Shown here in pieces: positions 1 through 11,065 of a stretch of DNA of 64,000 nt (position 1 is its first letter; each line of letters opens with the position of its first letter). Source of the DNA: Neodothiora populina. Taxonomy: Eukaryota. The notes under the pieces are model-generated. The model did not search any database. It was given only the letters and a program-made list of their open reading frames with translations, and had not been told where the DNA came from. The stretch covers positions 372,001 through 436,000 of the forward strand of contig NW_027191410.1 of NCBI RefSeq assembly GCF_041146345.1. The letters run 5' to 3'. The translations under genes were made by a program, and so were the position numbers.

Positions 1-275
1 AGACCAATGGCACAGGCGACTTCAGCGCGTCGTCGCCTCCTCTCGCCGACTATCAGGGCCCTATGCCGACGCTCAACGATGCGCCTCATGATTATATCTT
101 GTATCTGTTTGATCAGCCGGCCGATTGGGTCAGTCCTGCTGGCGCAGAGGAGTATTATGCTAATCCGGCTGATATGCACCGTATGAGCTTTAATGTCACC
201 CAGCTGGTTGAGGAGTTGGGCAAGCCCATTGCGGCGAATTATTTCACGGTTCAGAATGAGAATAATACTGTTTAG
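1..275 (+). CDS. 3' part of a phosphatidylethanolamine-binding (PEBP) family protein, truncated by the window edge
   Basis: The frame is open from position 3: ...PLADYQGPMPTLNDAPHDYILYLFDQP...PIAANYFTVQN*. This matches the PEBP pattern Y-x-GP-x-P...H-x-Y-x-x-x-L-x-x-Q with a C-terminal P-x-AAN-x-F. Confidence 0.75.
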   Translation, partial: TNGTGDFSASSPPLADYQGPMPTLNDAPHDYILYLFDQPADWVSPAGAEEYYANPADMHRMSFNVTQLVEELGKPIAANYFTVQNENNTV

Positions 276-694
276 AGGACTAGGAGGGAGGGAGCATCAG
301 GGGAGTATGTGTGTCATCTTTCTAGTGATAGGAAAAGTAAGGTAGTGGACAAGACATAAAAACTTCCTTGTGAGAGTAGGACCTCGACAGTCAAACAACC
401 ACAACTTTTCGCTTTGCTATCGGTGACTCCGGTGGTCTGGTCTGGGTCATGAGACCTTTAAGTTGCATTTGCGTAAAGGGGGTTTCCATCATTTTTGGAA
501 TTCCTGTATATCGTAGAGGACAAGACTTTTTCGTCCTTTGCTAAAGCTTTTAAATATCGTTCTTGTGGGAGGCGGCAATGATGATAAAAGCCTACATCTG
601 TCCCAGCGCGCAGGGAAAAGCTGCCATGGTCGACCTCCACTTCTATCCCATCATTGACTCTTTGCCATCTATAACGTGGCTGCAGGTCTGACAC

Positions 695-2389
695 CTATAA
701 GCTCAGAGTCTCAGTCTTGGCGGCAATGGTCTCAACGGCGCTGCTCTGGCTCTTCGCAATCTTCTCCTTGACCTCCTTCTCCAGGTTCTCCATGGAGATG
801 GGCACACCGTCCTTCTCCGGGTGTCCATCAGGCAGACCCATCTCCTTGAACTTTGCCTGACCGGCCTTGAGCTCCTCCTCGCCGAGGATAATAGCAAAGG
901 GAACGCCGTTGGTCTCGGCAGCCTTGAACTGCTGTGGTAGCTTGGGCTTGACCTTCCAGCTGAACTCGGCCTTGACGCCGGCGTCCCACAGACGTTTGGC
1001 CACCGCCATTCGCTGGGGCAGCAGGCCGTCGAAGCCCTTGCCGCCGAATGCCATGACGTAGACGTCGACCTCGTTTGTTCGCACCGCCTTGGCGCTGGCG
1101 TCGGCCTCCATGCGCGACTTGGTGATGCTGAAGATGCGCTCGACGCCGAAGGAGATGCCGACGCAGGGCACGTTTTGCTTGCCGCTGAACATGCCCACGA
1201 GTTCGTCGTAGCGACCTCCTGCGGCGATGGAGCCGACACCAACGCTCGGGTCGTTGCTGCGGTCCTCGTCGTCGTTCTTGGGCTTGCCTTCCTTCTTGGC
1301 CTTTGCGGCGCCGGCTGAGCTAGCCTTGGGTGCTGAGCCTTCGGTGACGACTTCGTAGATGACGCCAGTGTAGTAGTCGAGACCGCGTGCTAGTGACATG
1401 TCGAAGGAGATGTGGTTGAGGACGCCGAAGCTCTCGAGATAGTTGAAGAGGAGCTCCATGTTCTCGAGGCCGAGCTTGGCAGATTCGTTCGAGAAGAGAG
1501 TGTCGTCGGCCTTGAGGTCGGCGAGGAGCTCTCGTCCTCCCTTGCGCACAACGTACTTGCCAATCTTGTCTGCCACTTCCTCGTCCAGGCCCTTGTCGAC
1601 GACCATCTCCTTCTTGACTTCCTCCCACGGCAGCTTGTCCAACTTGTCGACGGCTGATGAAATGGTTCTCAGCTTGTCCTGTGGCACACCGCAGACGGAG
1701 AATATGCCGTCTAGGATCTTTCGGTGGTTGATCTTGATTGTGTATCTGCCGTTCCAGCCCAGATCGTCAAAGATCTCGCACGCTATCCTCAGGATCTCGG
1801 CGTCGGGGAGCATGGGGTCGTACTGTCCGGCAATGTCGAAGTCACACTGGTAGAACTCTCGCATGCGGCCCTTGGTCATGGCGGGCTGGTCGCGTCGGTA
1901 GACCTTGGCGATGTGGTAACGCTTGATGCTCTGGACGGACGAGTTCATTGCCAGCCACCTGGCAAAGGGGACAGTCAGGTCGTAGCGCAGGGAGCACAGT
2001 TCGCCACCCTGGTCTGCAAGGTCGTAGATGAGCTTGCTGTCCTCGCCGTACTTGCCAGACAGGATCTCCTTGAGCTCGAACACAGGGGTGTCGATGGTGA
2101 CTGCTCCGTGGCGCTTGAAGACGTTGGCGATTGTGCCGAAGATCTTCTCGCGGATGACCATGTCCTTTCCATCCCAGTCCTTGGTGCCCTTTGGCACCTT
2201 GAGCTGGAAACCGCCCTTGCCCTCGTCTTTCTTGCCCATTGTGTCTGCTTCTTCTGTCTCCTCTTGCTTGTTTCCCGTTGACGCTGAAAATGCGCGATTG
2301 GCGACGAAGCAGGTGGCGGCCTTCCTTGTGTATTGGTGAGACAGAAAAGAAAGTCGAGAGTGTTTGGCGAGGGAGACGACGACCCTCAT
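695..2389 (-). CDS. HTS1: Histidyl-tRNA synthetase, intronless, with an N-terminal mitochondrial presequence and a second in-frame ATG at 2239
   Basis: Class II HisRS motifs are present: [26 protein letters not shown]...[26 protein letters not shown] and GISFGVERI, plus an anticodon-binding C-terminus. Confidence 0.97.
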   Translation of the reverse strand: MRVVVSLAKHSRLSFLSHQYTRKAATCFVANRAFSASTGNKQEETEEADTMGKKDEGKGGFQLKVPKGTKDWDGKDMVIREKIFGTIANVFKRHGAVTIDTPVFELKEILSGKYGEDSKLIYDLADQGGELCSLRYDLTVPFARWLAMNSSVQSIKRYHIAKVYRRDQPAMTKGRMREFYQCDFDIAGQYDPMLPDAEILRIACEIFDDLGWNGRYTIKINHRKILDGIFSVCGVPQDKLRTISSAVDKLDKLPWEEVKKEMVVDKGLDEEVADKIGKYVVRKGGRELLADLKADDTLFSNESAKLGLENMELLFNYLESFGVLNHISFDMSLARGLDYYTGVIYEVVTEGSAPKASSAGAAKAKKEGKPKNDDEDRSNDPSVGVGSIAAGGRYDELVGMFSGKQNVPCVGISFGVERIFSITKSRMEADASAKAVRTNEVDVYVMAFGGKGFDGLLPQRMAVAKRLWDAGVKAEFSWKVKPKLPQQFKAAETNGVPFAIILGEEELKAGQAKFKEMGLPDGHPEKDGVPISMENLEKEVKEKIAKSQSSAVETIAAKTETLSL

Positions 2390-2627
2390 AAATCAACGTC
2401 CGGCGATGGGAGAAAAAGATGTAGTGGGGTTGAGGAGGGGCTGGCTAAGAGAGTGACTCCCACTTCCTTCCTGCTACAAAAGTTGGTTCATCTCTCGGTC
2501 ATGGTCCCCCGTCTCCGATGTCACGCATGACTCGCTCATCCACTCCCGCGCCAAGCCAGACTGCTCCAACCTCACTTCACTATACCCCGGTCATCAATGT
2601 ATAGGGTATATTCTCAATAAACATGTA
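2390..2627. promoter_or_regulatory. Short divergent (probably bidirectional) promoter between HTS1 and VPS33
   Basis: The two head-to-head ATGs (2389 on minus, 2628 on plus) are only 238 bp apart. Confidence 0.6.
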
Positions 2628-4930
2628 ATGGCGCCACAGACGCATATAAATCCCCAAGACATAAGCGACAAAGCTCGCAGGGACTTGCTGTTACTGCTCG
2701 AGAGCGTAAGTAAGGCTTGCCCAATCATCTTGGTTATCTTCTGCCCTCGAGCACCACGTGTTGACAGACAGTCCTAGGTCCCTGGCAAGAAGAACCTGGT
2801 AATTGAACGAGCTCTCGCAGGTCCTGTTGGTCTGCTCGTCAAGTTCAGTACTTTACAAGAATATGGCGTCGATAAGCTGTTCTACATAGAGAACCACAAC
2901 GTCGATTCGTCACAGCGTAATGTTATCTTTCTGTCCAGGGCCGAGAAGCCTAAGCATGCCCAGGCGGTGGCAGGTGAGTGAAAACAAATATATGCACACT
3001 GCTCCTTTTCCTGTCCTTATCCCTGTTTGTATCTTCGAAAATCTACTGTCGGGCCAAAAAGAGAGTGCGCAGGTATCATTGCCACCCTGCCCACTCAGTC
3101 TTGTGCCCCATAACAACGTCCTCTTCTGCATCAATACATTAGCGTCCTTGTTCAGAGTTCATTCGAGCCTCGCCATCAGAAGGTGCTGACATGATTGTAG
3201 ATTCGATAAAAGAGATTCGACAGAAAAGCGACGTCAGCCACGACTTTTCTGTCTTTTGGGTACCACGACGCACCCTGGTCAGTGATCGTGTATTGGAGGA
3301 GAATGGTGTTCTCGGCGAGGTCACGATAGCCGAGTGTCCGCTATACTTTATTCCCCTAGAACCGGATCTACTTTCATTGGAGCTGGATGAGTCCTTCAGC
3401 GATCTCTACTTGCGCAAGGATCCGTCCTGCATCTTCCATGCGGCCAAGGCTCTGATGCTGCTGCAAAAGTCTACCGGCTTGTTCCCGCGGATTCTTGGTA
3501 AAGGCGACAATGCCAAAAAGCTGGCAGATCTGCTTTTGCGGATGCGCGCAGAAGAAGACACTAATGCATCCTCGACGTCGTCCTTTACGTCCTTTGGCAC
3601 AACACCCAGCGCTGTTGTCGACAACGTCATCATTATTGATCGCCAGGTCGATTTCACTACCACATTACTCACTCAGCTCACATACGAAGGGTTGATAGAT
3701 GAGGTGTTTGGGATACACCATAATCAAGCCGAAGTTGACACCTCGATCGTGGGGTCTGTTCAGCAACAGCCGCGTCCGCAAGGCTCGTCCGCCGCGCAAA
3801 ACACCACTGCCGCTGCTCAAACGGGGATGAAGCGCAAGCTGCAGCTTGATGGTTCGGATAAACTGTACCCTACCTTGCGCGACTCCAATTTCGCCGTCGT
3901 TGGCCCTTTGCTCAATCAGACCGCTCGCCGATTACAGTCTGATTACGAAGCTCGACACAAGGCAGACCAATCCATCTCGGACCTGAAGTCTTTTGTAGCA
4001 AAACTGCCCTCCTACCAAGCCGAGCAAGCGTCGTTGAAAATCCACACCTCTCTAGCAGAAGAAATCATGAAGACAACACGAAGCGACATCTTCGGGCGCG
4101 TCCTCGAAGTGCAACAAAACCTAGCCGTCGGCTCCGACCCAAGCAGCATGCACGACAACATCGAAGAACTAATCGCGCGCGACGTCCCCCTCTCCCTCAT
4201 CCTGCGCCTCCTATGCCTCGAATCCTGCATCGCCGGCGGCCTGCGCCAACGCGACTTCGAGCACTTCAAGCGCCAAGTCCTACAAGCGTACGGCTACCAA
4301 CACCTGCTGACGTTCGCGAACCTCGAGAAAGCCGGTCTGTTCACCCAACGCGCCGCGAACACAGGCTACCTGAACCCCATGGGCGGCGTCAACTCAGGCA
4401 CGACAGACTACAACGCCGTACGCAAGCAACTCAAGCTCTTCCTCGACGAAGTCGACGAGCAAGACCCCTCGGACATCGCCTATGTGTTCTCGGGCTACGC
4501 GCCCCTCAGCGTGCGGCTTGTCCAATGCGTGCTGCAGAAACAGTATATCCAGCAAATCGCCAACTCACGCACGCCCGCCCTCGCCGCCGCAATGAACGGA
4601 TCCGCATCTCCGCAAGCAGCAGGCGGGTGGCGCGGCTTCGAAGACTTGCTAAGTCGCATCAAAGGCGCCACCGTGGACGAGATGCAGAAAGGGTCGAACA
4701 GCGAAGCGACGCAGGCGCGCCAGGTCCTGCGCGGCGCCGCCGCGAACAACGGCCCTCCGAAAACGACTATCGTCTTCTTTCTCGGCGGCGTCACGTTTGC
4801 TGAAGTCGCGGCGTTGAGGTTCGTGGGCAGGCAGTTGGGCGAGAAGAGGAAGGTGCTCGTTGCTACTACCGGCATGATTGGTGGCAGGGCGGCTGTGGAC
4901 TCGTTGACTGAGGTCGAGGGGTTTAAGTGA
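2628..4930 (+). CDS. VPS33: Vacuolar protein sorting Vps33 (Sec1/Munc18 family); exons 2628-2705, 2778-2973, 3201-4930
   Basis: The spliced N-terminus reads DKARRDLLLLLES|VPGKKNLVIE...KFSTLQEYGV. Further motifs: IIIDRQVDFTTTLLTQLTYEGLIDE, YVFSGYAPLSVRLVQ and VFFLGGVTFAEVAALRF. Introns are GT-AG. Confidence 0.95.
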
Positions 4931-5371
4931 ATCTGTTCCTCGCTGTTGTGGACAGAGCGGGGGTTTGTCGAGCTTCAGAACGATCGTCTGATCTTGTCAG
5001 CTCGTCAGTATCGTGTTCTGTGTCGTGAAGGAGTGAAGACTAGGGTACCGTTACCGCCGTCACTTGGTAGTCTGATAATAAATGTGCGACAACCCACTCC
5101 AATGTCGCAAAATGTGTTGACGGACCGATGAATCCTATCCGGATCTCATTCCATCGTGTACATTCCAGTATACACATATAACAAACAGCCTACATCGACG
5201 CAAATCGATATCGAAAAGATCGTCCTTTTGAATTTGTTTCGTTTCTTTTTCTTCTCTGGCCATAGAACGATATCTATGTATATGTGTGTACATACGTCTT
5301 TCTCTCCCTCCCCGTTCCTCCGTCTCTCCACTTTCACCCTCTCTGTGTTGTCTCTTGATTTCTTTCGCTGA

Positions 5372-8300
5372 CTAGGGACCAGGTTTCTTGCCCAGCTTGA
5401 GCTTGAATTTCTTGCGCTCGGTGGGTTCAGCAGGCGAAGACGCAGTGGCTCCTCCCGTTACTCCAGCTGCACTTCCCGCCACTGATGGTCTTGCTCCGCT
5501 CGGTCCACTAGTAGAAGTTTTCGACGCACCTTTATCTCCGAACCCTGACGACGTGGGTGCCGCGCTCTTCTTCATGCCTGCTACTGATGACGAAGACGAC
5601 GACGATCCTCCTCCAATTGCAGATATAGGTGTGCCGGCTCTGCTGTTCGCGGCGCTGTTGTTACCACCGCCGCCACCACTGAAAGACTTGGGAGTGCCTG
5701 ATCTGTAGGCGCCGTTCCCAGTCCCTCCCGCAGGAGTGCCTGATCTTGAAAATGTGATTTTGGGCGTTGCGCTTCTTGACGGTACACCGCCAGAGGCAGC
5801 TCCGCCGGACACACTGCCTCCTCCTCCTCCTCCTCCTCCTCCGTGTTTTTCTTTCTTGGCGGCAGAGGTCCATGAAGACGTCATTGGCGATATGCCGGAT
5901 GCAGGCTCGTCTTCGGTTTTGATCCTGGCCGCCGAGGCGGTGCTTCCTCCGCCGTAGAAACGGAAGCCGCCAAAGTTTTGGTTTCCGGATGCTGCGCTCT
6001 GGACTGCGGGTGAGGAGAAAAAGTCGCTGCCGCTGGACGCTGGTGGGACCGGTGTTGTCGATGCCGTTGTGGATTTGGGCATGGCGGCGATTGCGGATGC
6101 GGTTGATGCTGGTAGAGGGGTGGTCATTTTTATCGTTGTTGAGGTCGGTGTGCTCTTGGGTGTCGCTACGAATGGTCTCTTTGTGATGCTGCTGCTGCCA
6201 CCGCCGTCCCCTGTCGAGACCTTGAGGGTCGGCCGCGGCTTCTTGGAGAGAATGGAACGCAATCGGTCTGGATGTGCAATCTTGAGTTTCACAATCTTGG
6301 ACGGTCTCCCCGGGCCGATCTTGAGACGAGCAATGATCGAATTACGACCATTCTTGGTCTTGGTGATGGTCGGGCTGCGAGGAGGCTTTGGAGCAACAAC
6401 TGGAGGCGGTGCGGGTGCTGGAGCAGGAGCTGGTGGGGAGAAAGCCTGCCTTTTGGGACTGCTGGCACGAATGCTCGTTTCGGACACGGTGCTTTGCTTC
6501 CTCTTCAAGCTGATCTTCGGCCCACCTGATGAAGGAGTAGGTAGTGCTGGAGGTGACATGGCTGTGTTAGATTTCGGTAATGCCTGAGATTGTTGTTGAA
6601 TCTGCATTTTCAATGCAGCAATCTGTGCTTTGTGATCTTTGTCGTGTTGCTTGGCTTCTCTCTGATGGTCTCGCACGGCCTTGGACAGCGGACCCGTCCA
6701 TTTGAGGTGATGCTGCTGAATCAATTGCCATGCTTCTAGGCCAAGACCATGCACTGGAGTGGTCCTGTACATTTCTGTCTCCTTCATTACAAGCACTAAG
6801 CTTTTTCTGCCTGGCATAACGTCCTCGCGGGCATATCTCGATACTAGCTTCCTGTGTCGCGGATAGCGAAGCTTGACCATGAGTGCTGTGGATGGCTCAT
6901 AGAGCAGTGCTGCAATATCAAGGAAGCCAACGACCTCAGCTAATGTGAATAATGGCGACTGGATCACTTGCCACAATGCATGCTTGAACACGTCATTATC
7001 TTGCAGTGCAGTTTTAAGCGCCTCTAGGGCCAGTTCGGGTGGACTCTTGCTCACAACTTCTTGCGGCTCGACATCCATCGGTATTTCCTGCTCCAACTCT
7101 AGGCCAGAATCTGCCGCGGGCTTGGGTGCAGGTTTACCGGGCTCATCGCCTTTGATTGCAATGCTGCCCAGGGCGCGGCCGAAGACTCGAGTCAGTCGGT
7201 CTCGGAAGTATGGGGACAAATCATCGGAGATGCTGAACAAGAGGTATTTCAGCGTATTAGGCTTCTTTGCGAAGATTCCAAGATTGACCATGCTGCTGAA
7301 AGCGGTCAATCTCACATCATCAGCGTTTCCTGCCTGAGTGTACAACATGATTTGCTTCAGCTGGTTGGGAATCGCGCCGACCATTTGAAGCTTCTGCATG
7401 CAATTGAGTGCAGTAACCGAATAGACGTTCTGATAGGAAGCTATCCATTCATCGATCCTTCGGTACCGTTCCAGTTCGTTCAGCGCTTCTTGCTTGATAC
7501 TCTTGTTTGCTTGGATCTCCTCCAATATATCATCGTCCTCATATCCATCAGCAGTGCGGATGCTGTCGCGGGGGACTTCTGAAGCAACTAGAGTGTCGGC
7601 AAGACAGCTCATCAGTGTCGCCACATAAAAACAATCAGAGAACTCGTTGTTCGAATTGTCGTTGAACTTCAGCTTCTCAACGAAGAAACGCCTGACGCTC
7701 ACTGGCGCTCTTCCTCGGGGATCTCGAATTCTCGACATCGCCTTCGGTATCGCGCATTGTATGATGTAGGACGTGCGGTCAGAGAAGTCGTTGGCCCGAG
7801 GCATGGACGAGCCTGGTATGCAGAAAAACTCTTGAAATGCCTTTTCGAGATGGTATAACCCGACCCAATTCAAGTGCGCCAGAGCGCATCTTGCCAATCC
7901 AGCAGCAGCAAGTGTACGTATACCATGGAAGTATCGGCTGTCCATCAGTGTTCGTATAAAGATGGTAGACATTAGCGGCGTTGGAATTTTCGTTGCAATG
8001 TGTTGCAGAGACTCGTATTGTGCCACAACATCCCTGTCTTGTTGTAGCTGAGAAGAATACATGTAGTCTGGCATGTCAAGCTGCATCTTCATGATCCACT
8101 CGAAATCGGCATCCATACGGATCCACTCGTAAGACTCCTCGCCCATTCTGTCTTCTTCTTCTTTGGGCCAATCGACTAGACGCCACTCCTGAACGTCGTC
8201 TTCTGATTGCAAGACATCTCCCAGGCAGTACAGCAGAACGTCGTTTTCCGCTTCTCCAGCGCCATCCGTAGTGTCGGTCTTTGCCAACGCACGCTCCTTG

Positions 8301-10372
8301 GCGCGCTTCGATCGCTTGAGTCGCTTGTACTTTGTGTTGTACGGGATCTCTATCTGCGTGTACGCTTCCTTGATCTCGACAATGTGTTCATACGGCGTGC
8401 CGTCGGCCTCGTGAATTCTAATCGTCATGGATCCGGTGAAGACCGGTTGGACACCAGGAGCCCACGCCTCCGAGACCTGCTCCTTTATCTCGCGCATGAA
8501 GTTTGTGGTCTCAAGCTTCGGCTTAGTCTTTCTCTCGGACTGAATCTGGTATATCCGCATGTCAACGACCAATTTCTTCTTGTTGAACTTTTGGCTGACT
8601 CGGAACATGGGACATCCGGCGCCCAAAACCCACTGTCGAAAGAATGGATCAAGCTTCTGGTGACCGAGCTTCTCACAAAGCTTTTGGAAGAAATCCGTCG
8701 ATATTTCTCCATTCTCGAGATCTCCAGTCTTTTCGTTCAAGATCAGTCTGGAAATGATTCGTAGCATGCCCGCAGACCCACTGGCCTTGGCGAGTCGTCG
8801 ATCCAATATGAAAAGCACTAAAGGAGCTTTGAGGGCCAGAAAGTCATACTCGGAAGGATCAATGTCAAGCACACCGCCAAGTTGATAAATGGAATAACGT
8901 TCGTGGTCCAGTTCAAATACCTTTTCTGAGGCAAGCTTCTGTCTGAAACGGTACTCGTTGTTACCAGCCAATTTCTTCATGAACCAGTCGGACATGAAAC
9001 CGGCGACGCCAGTTATAACCCATAGGTCGGTAGGCTCCCTCGGGATGATGTTCACGCCTATGTACTGACTGGCCAATGCATGGATCAAGATCCTCGTGTT
9101 GGAGTCAAGCGGTTCGATAACGTCATCGGGGAATAGCAATCGATTGCTGCAGATGGAAAGCGAGGCGGTGTGTGCGACGTCCTGGACCAAATCATCGACG
9201 AAGAGCATCTTGTAGTTGGTGAAGGGGAATGAGCCGTAGTCCAGGGTGAAATTATCTATCGCCTTGGCCATAGGCATACACGTGTTCCGTAGATCATCCG
9301 CCCGCCCTGGTAAGCAGTAACCGTGAACATGAATGGCATTCTGGCCGATCTTATCGTCCGAGTCCATTTCACGGAATTCCGAGAGGTCGACGTGCTCGAA
9401 TGGACCAACACCAAAGCCAATGTGTCGGGCACACACCGGTGTCGTCTGAAGGAAGGATACGGTTCGCATGGTGGGATCCTGGGGATCAATAATATCGTCG
9501 GTCAAGTCTGCGGAAGCAATAACAATAATGTCGAGGGCACGCTCTTCCTCAGTGAGATTGATCAGGTATTCATCCCGGACTCCTTCAACTTGCTCATTTG
9601 CAGCCATGACAACATCCTGATCCTTGTCTTGCGTTGTGTGCTTCCTGAAGGCATCTCCGAGTGTTTTTGGACAGCGCACGGAAATGTCCCACATGCAACG
9701 CATGTTGAGATCATCAACACAGGGAAAGATGGAGCTCGTGGATCCAGGGATGATGCTGTTCATCGTATACAGATGAGGGTATCGGCCATCGCCATCTTCG
9801 AAACCAACAAAATGTATTCCATCCCTGAAGTCCGTCACACTGAATTCAAGGAAGACCTTCAAGGGCGCAAACTTGGCCAAGTCCTGGGCGTGTGATGTCT
9901 GGGGGGTTTCGGCGCCACCCTGACCATTGTCGCTGTCTTGCCGCACGAGAGAGATGCGGGCGAGGGCCGCAGGATCATTCTGCAGTTCCTGAATGTGGAC
10001 GCGCGAGGGAATGGTCAAGACCAGCTCTGACTCGGGCGGTAATTTGACGTAGGGCTCGATTCTGTTGCGCAGATCTTGATACTGGTATATGGTGGAGTTG
10101 GGGCGCACGCGCAGCCTTTCGTAAGGGTCGACATAGTTGAGGGCGGCAGTCTTTCCCTCGATGCGCGCCTCGGTGATGCGGGCCTGTCGGCAGTTCAGAC
10201 GAATCTCCTTGAGGTCCTTGTACGAGGGCTGGATGGTGATTTCGGTGCTTCCCGAGATGGATCTGGAGGCGAAGTCCACGTTGAAATTGACGCGCTGCTG
10301 TACGACGGTGAAGCCCAGGTCGGTTGTGGTTTCGGGGGGAGGAAGCGCTCCATCAAAGTAGCCAGACGACAT
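5372..10372 (-). CDS. TAF2: TFIID subunit 2 (M1 aminopeptidase-like fold), intronless, with a long low-complexity C-terminal tail
   Basis: 1666-aa ORF with TIRIHEADGTPYEHIV, YEWIRMDADFEWI, QLQQDRDVVAQYE, YFHGIR and KLKFNDNSNNEFSDCFYVA, all typical of fungal Taf2. Confidence 0.95.
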   Translation of the reverse strand: MSSGYFDGALPPPETTTDLGFTVVQQRVNFNVDFASRSISGSTEITIQPSYKDLKEIRLNCRQARITEARIEGKTAALNYVDPYERLRVRPNSTIYQYQDLRNRIEPYVKLPPESELVLTIPSRVHIQELQNDPAALARISLVRQDSDNGQGGAETPQTSHAQDLAKFAPLKVFLEFSVTDFRDGIHFVGFEDGDGRYPHLYTMNSIIPGSTSSIFPCVDDLNMRCMWDISVRCPKTLGDAFRKHTTQDKDQDVVMAANEQVEGVRDEYLINLTEEERALDIIVIASADLTDDIIDPQDPTMRTVSFLQTTPVCARHIGFGVGPFEHVDLSEFREMDSDDKIGQNAIHVHGYCLPGRADDLRNTCMPMAKAIDNFTLDYGSFPFTNYKMLFVDDLVQDVAHTASLSICSNRLLFPDDVIEPLDSNTRILIHALASQYIGVNIIPREPTDLWVITGVAGFMSDWFMKKLAGNNEYRFRQKLASEKVFELDHERYSIYQLGGVLDIDPSEYDFLALKAPLVLFILDRRLAKASGSAGMLRIISRLILNEKTGDLENGEISTDFFQKLCEKLGHQKLDPFFRQWVLGAGCPMFRVSQKFNKKKLVVDMRIYQIQSERKTKPKLETTNFMREIKEQVSEAWAPGVQPVFTGSMTIRIHEADGTPYEHIVEIKEAYTQIEIPYNTKYKRLKRSKRAKERALAKTDTTDGAGEAENDVLLYCLGDVLQSEDDVQEWRLVDWPKEEEDRMGEESYEWIRMDADFEWIMKMQLDMPDYMYSSQLQQDRDVVAQYESLQHIATKIPTPLMSTIFIRTLMDSRYFHGIRTLAAAGLARCALAHLNWVGLYHLEKAFQEFFCIPGSSMPRANDFSDRTSYIIQCAIPKAMSRIRDPRGRAPVSVRRFFVEKLKFNDNSNNEFSDCFYVATLMSCLADTLVASEVPRDSIRTADGYEDDDILEEIQANKSIKQEALNELERYRRIDEWIASYQNVYSVTALNCMQKLQMVGAIPNQLKQIMLYTQAGNADDVRLTAFSSMVNLGIFAKKPNTLKYLLFSISDDLSPYFRDRLTRVFGRALGSIAIKGDEPGKPAPKPAADSGLELEQEIPMDVEPQEVVSKSPPELALEALKTALQDNDVFKHALWQVIQSPLFTLAEVVGFLDIAALLYEPSTALMVKLRYPRHRKLVSRYAREDVMPGRKSLVLVMKETEMYRTTPVHGLGLEAWQLIQQHHLKWTGPLSKAVRDHQREAKQHDKDHKAQIAALKMQIQQQSQALPKSNTAMSPPALPTPSSGGPKISLKRKQSTVSETSIRASSPKRQAFSPPAPAPAPAPPPVVAPKPPRSPTITKTKNGRNSIIARLKIGPGRPSKIVKLKIAHPDRLRSILSKKPRPTLKVSTGDGGGSSSITKRPFVATPKSTPTSTTIKMTTPLPASTASAIAAMPKSTTASTTPVPPASSGSDFFSSPAVQSAASGNQNFGGFRFYGGGSTASAARIKTEDEPASGISPMTSSWTSAAKKEKHGGGGGGGGGSVSGGAASGGVPSRSATPKITFSRSGTPAGGTGNGAYRSGTPKSFSGGGGGNNSAANSRAGTPISAIGGGSSSSSSSVAGMKKSAAPTSSGFGDKGASKTSTSGPSGARPSVAGSAAGVTGGATASSPAEPTERKKFKLKLGKKPGP

Positions 10373-11065
10373 GGCGCCTCCTGCGCGCTGCCTATAAGTT
10401 TCCTCCTGATCCTTTTCTCATTTCCTGGGTTGACTGGAGCAGTGCTCTTGAGGGGAAAGCAGCGGTGGCGAACGAGTCTTCGCTTTGCGAGATGTGGATC
10501 GAAGATGTGTGCTTGATGCGAGAGAATGAACGTCGACGTGGATGTTGTTGTGCGCTGTGTGAAAATGGTGGCCCGTCGTGGAAGTGAGAGTACGATGGTG
10601 ATATTATTGGTGGTGTTGTTATTAATTGATTGAAGACGCGCGTGGTGTCTGGCTATACCGGTGACAATACCATCAATGAATAAGACAATACCTTACCTTA
10701 GCCACGACTCGTGGATAGAAAGCGTGACGCCCATGGAAGGTGCACAGAAGCACAGACCATTTCTCTTCCCTACTTGTAGATGGACGATCAGCGAGGTTGT
10801 GAGATATACTTCATATATATTGTGTGTATCTTCCTTTGGTCGGTAATTCAACCCAGTACACAAGCAAAAGCATACCTGATCAAAAAACTCATCTGAATTA
10901 ATTGCTGAGCGATTGATTGTTCTTTCTTGGTTGGTGGTCGAGTGATTCTCTAGGGAACCACTCGGACAATTCTACCTTAGCATTGACAAATCCCATGCAC
11001 CGAGGTATACCCCAACGCCAATGCTTATGCCCTTATCCACAATCCTGTCCTCACTCGTAGACTCC

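Noticed and set aside
703..2396. Long overlapping and antisense ORFs on HTS1, and similar ones on TAF2, VPS33, MPH1, CAP2 and RPS19
   Set aside because: These are shadow frames caused by high GC at third codon positions, with no motifs of their own.
2974..3200. Long VPS33 intron as a snoRNA host
   Set aside because: No convincing C/D or H/ACA box arrangement.
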